Origin: Octopus sinensis
Lineage: Eukaryota
Reading direction: 5' to 3'
Length of the DNA stretch: 64,000 nt
Assembly (NCBI RefSeq): GCF_006345805.1
Contig: NC_043025.1
Span: 6,324,001 to 6,388,000 of the forward strand
Positions 61,194 to 64,000 of the stretch are shown here, piece after piece. Position numbers and translations under genes: made by a program. Positions within the stretch are counted from its first letter, which is position 1; every line of letters begins with the position of its first letter. The notes below the pieces were generated by a model that saw only the letters and a list, made by a program, of their open reading frames with translations, did no database searches and had not been told where the DNA came from.

Positions 61194-64000
61194 TGTTAGA
61201 TGAAAAAAGTGAAGAGATCGCTATAACAGACGACAGTGATCGCTGTTATATAATCATCACAACAACATGGTGTCAGAATACTAAAAGAACCCAAAATACA
61301 GAAACCAAAGGAAAAAAGAAGTTGAAATCATACTTCAAAGACGAAATGGAAAATTTACCGCATCCAAAAGACCTAGACTTTAATCAGGAAAATCTAGCCG
61401 CAGCATGGAAAAAGTGGAAAAAAGAATTCAATCTCTTTTTGATAGCAACAGAAAGTGACATAAAGCCAGACAAAGTAAAAACTTCAATGTTTTTAACTTG
61501 CATCGGTTCCAAAGGCCGAGACATCCATTCCCGCGTGCACAAAATCGAAAAGTTCAAGACTCCAAAAGACATTTGGACGGTCGAACTAAAAGTGAACAAC
61601 TCGAATGTAACATTCAAAATTGATACTGGAGCAGACGTAACCGTACTGCCATTCAGAGAATATAGAAATATAATTCCAAAACCACAACTGCAAAAAACCT
61701 CAACTCGATTATCAGCTTATAATAACACAGCTATAAAAGTGCTAGGAAAATGCACAGCAGTCATTAAATACAAAAAATTATCAAAGCAAATAAAATTCAT
61801 TGTTGCAAAAACAAACTCGCACGCAGTTATAGATGCAAAGACAGCTAAAGATCTGAACCTGATTCATAGAATTTCAAAAATAAATTCGTCGAACACAAAC
61901 GACATATTAGAAAAATATGAAGACTGTTTCGGAGAAATCGGCACTTTGTCAATAACACATCATATCACAGTGGATCCACAAATAACTTCTGTAATTCATC
62001 CACCAAGATCGGTTCCTTTTTCTATAAAAGAAAAACTCAACAAAGAATTAAAAAGAATGACAGAATTAGATATCATAAAACCTGTTAGTGAACCTACAGA
62101 CTGGGTAAATTCCCTAGTCATCGTTGAAAAAGCCAACGGAAAACTCCGACTCTGTTTAGACCCCAAGAATCTAAACAAAGCCATAAAAAGGCAACATTTC
62201 AAACTCCCTACAGCGGAGAACATTTTTGCACAAATGCAAAACCCTAAATATTTTTCAAAACTCGATGCATCTAATGGATACTGGCAAATTCCAGTTGACG
62301 AAGAAAGCTCCCATCTTTTAACGTTCAACACACCTTTTGGAAGGTATCGCTTCACACGACTACCCTTTGGAATTCACAGCGCCAGTGAAGTTTTCCAAAA
62401 AGAAATTTCAAAAATAATAGAGGGCATAGAAGGAGCAAGAAATTCACAGGATGACATCATAATCTGGTCCAACACTTTAGAAGAACACACAAATAGACTA
62501 CAAGTTTTCGATCGAATCCGAAAGCACGGATTAAAGTTAAATAAATCAAAGTGTATCTTCTATGAATCACAAATCAAGTACCTTGGGCATCTATTAACCA
62601 GCAAAGGGATAAAACAAGATCCAACCAAAGTACAAGCAATCATTCACATGCCACTGCCAACAAGTAAAAAAGAATTACAAAGATTCCTAGGTATGACAAA
62701 TTACCTATGTAAATTTTTATCAAATTACTCCGAAGTCACAGCACCATTGCGCCAGCTTCTACAGAGTGACACGTTATGGTCATTCGACAAACCACAAATC
62801 GAAGCAATAAAAAAGCTAAAAGAAATGATTACCAGAAAACCAGTGCTACAATTTTATGATCCAGATCTACCAATAAAAATAACTACAGATGCTAGTAAGC
62901 ATGGGCTCGGAGCGATACTTGAGCAGAAACACAACGAAAGATGGCTACCGTTTTCGTTTGCATCTCGTGCAACAACTCAAGCGGAACAAAACTACTGTCC
63001 GATAGAGAGCGAAGCTCTCGGTATAGTTTTCGCATGCAAGAAATTTCATCAGTTTATATACGGAACTCATTTCAGAATCGAAAATGACCATAAACCGTTG
63101 AAGCAAATATTCAAAAAATCGATCACTAAATGCCCCCCCAGAATCCAAAGATTTCTACCAACATTACACAAGATATGATTTTGACCTAACCACATACCTG
63201 GTAAAGAATCAATTGTTGCAGATACCCTATCACGTGCATACCTTGAGCAAAATACTCCAGAAGTATCAGACGAAGATATGAAATCGCACATTCATGCAGT
63301 AATAAAAAATTACCCCCCATAACCGACACTAAATTAAAAGAGTATAAAGAAGAACAGAATGGCCCCCAAAAGACAAAATACCAATAAACATCAAACCATT
63401 CGTATCTGTTCGTGATGAAATATCAATCGTCAATGGTCTCGTTCTAAAAGGTTCAAGAATAATTGTACCAAGTCATTACGTAGAGAAGCTCTACAGGAAT
63501 ACATACCGGACACATGGGTATCGAAAAATGCATAGAGAGAGCGAAGGAATGTATATACTGGCCCGGCATTAACGCTCAAATCAAAGACATGATTAACACA
63601 TGCTCATACTGCATTGACTACAAAAATCAACAAGCAGCCGAACCACTAATAAATCATGAAATACCTACTACACACATGGACCAAAGTGGGTACAGACGTA
63701 TTTCACCTGTCTGGAAATTCGTATGTCACAATTATTGACTATACAACAGATTTTTTGATCTACACGAAATAAATGATTGCCAGTCAAAAGCCGTAATCAA
63801 AAAATTAAAAGAAACTTTTGCTAAATTCGGAATTCCGCAAACAGTTGTAAGTGACAACGGTCCAGAATTCAATTCGGCTGAATTCAAAAAATTGGCATTT
63901 TCATCACACGAAGACAAGTCCGCATTATCATCAAGCGAATGGCATGGTTGAGAGAAATATACAGACTATAAAAAAGACGCTAAAAAAGGCATTCAAAAGT
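61194..64000 (+). mobile_element. Ty3/Gypsy LTR retrotransposon: gag remnant, protease, RT, RNase H, frameshifted integrase; runs off the window end
   Basis: ORF 61193-63178 contains KIDTGADV (protease), SQDDIIIW (RT), TDASKHGLGA and EALGIVFACKKFHQFIYG (RNase H). Downstream come GHMGIEKC...YWPG (integrase zinc finger) and VVSDNGPEF (integrase core). A PBS-like TGGTGTCAGAA is at 61268-61278. Confidence 0.95.

Overview
AT-rich eukaryotic (animal) genomic DNA, dense in repeats. The tRNA-headed SINE-like families and the CA/TA/GATA microsatellite load look like an octopus-type cephalopod genome; this is an inference from recognition, not a database match. The only host gene found is a two-pore-domain K+ channel (K2P/KCNK/TWK family) on the minus strand. 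Its P1-filter/M2 exon is 17296-17497 and its terminal M3-P2-M4 exon is 5831-6242, separated by an 11-kb intron. Its 5' exon(s) were not found in the window. The rest is mobile-element debris: SINEs, piggyBac-like MITEs, Helitron-like non-autonomous elements, a DD41D (rosa-type) transposon nested in a mariner, RTE LINEs and a Ty3/Gypsy element. There are also large tandem arrays with 45, 68, 108, 127, 165, 29, 70 and 5 bp units. Two themes stand out. (1) Several unrelated dispersed sequences carry minimal type-I hammerhead ribozyme folds of the kind known from Penelope-like elements. One is near-perfect (56183-56268, +) and another lies in sense orientation upstream of the channel's P1/M2 exon (18264-18386, -). 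(2) Almost every tandem array arose inside, or flush against, a mobile element. This includes an 8.7-kb satellite grown inside a 219-bp TTAA-flanked MITE and a GC-rich array of ~20 long hairpins. There is one 100-N scaffold gap at 28889-28988. Nearly all ORFs in the supplied track are repeat artefacts.
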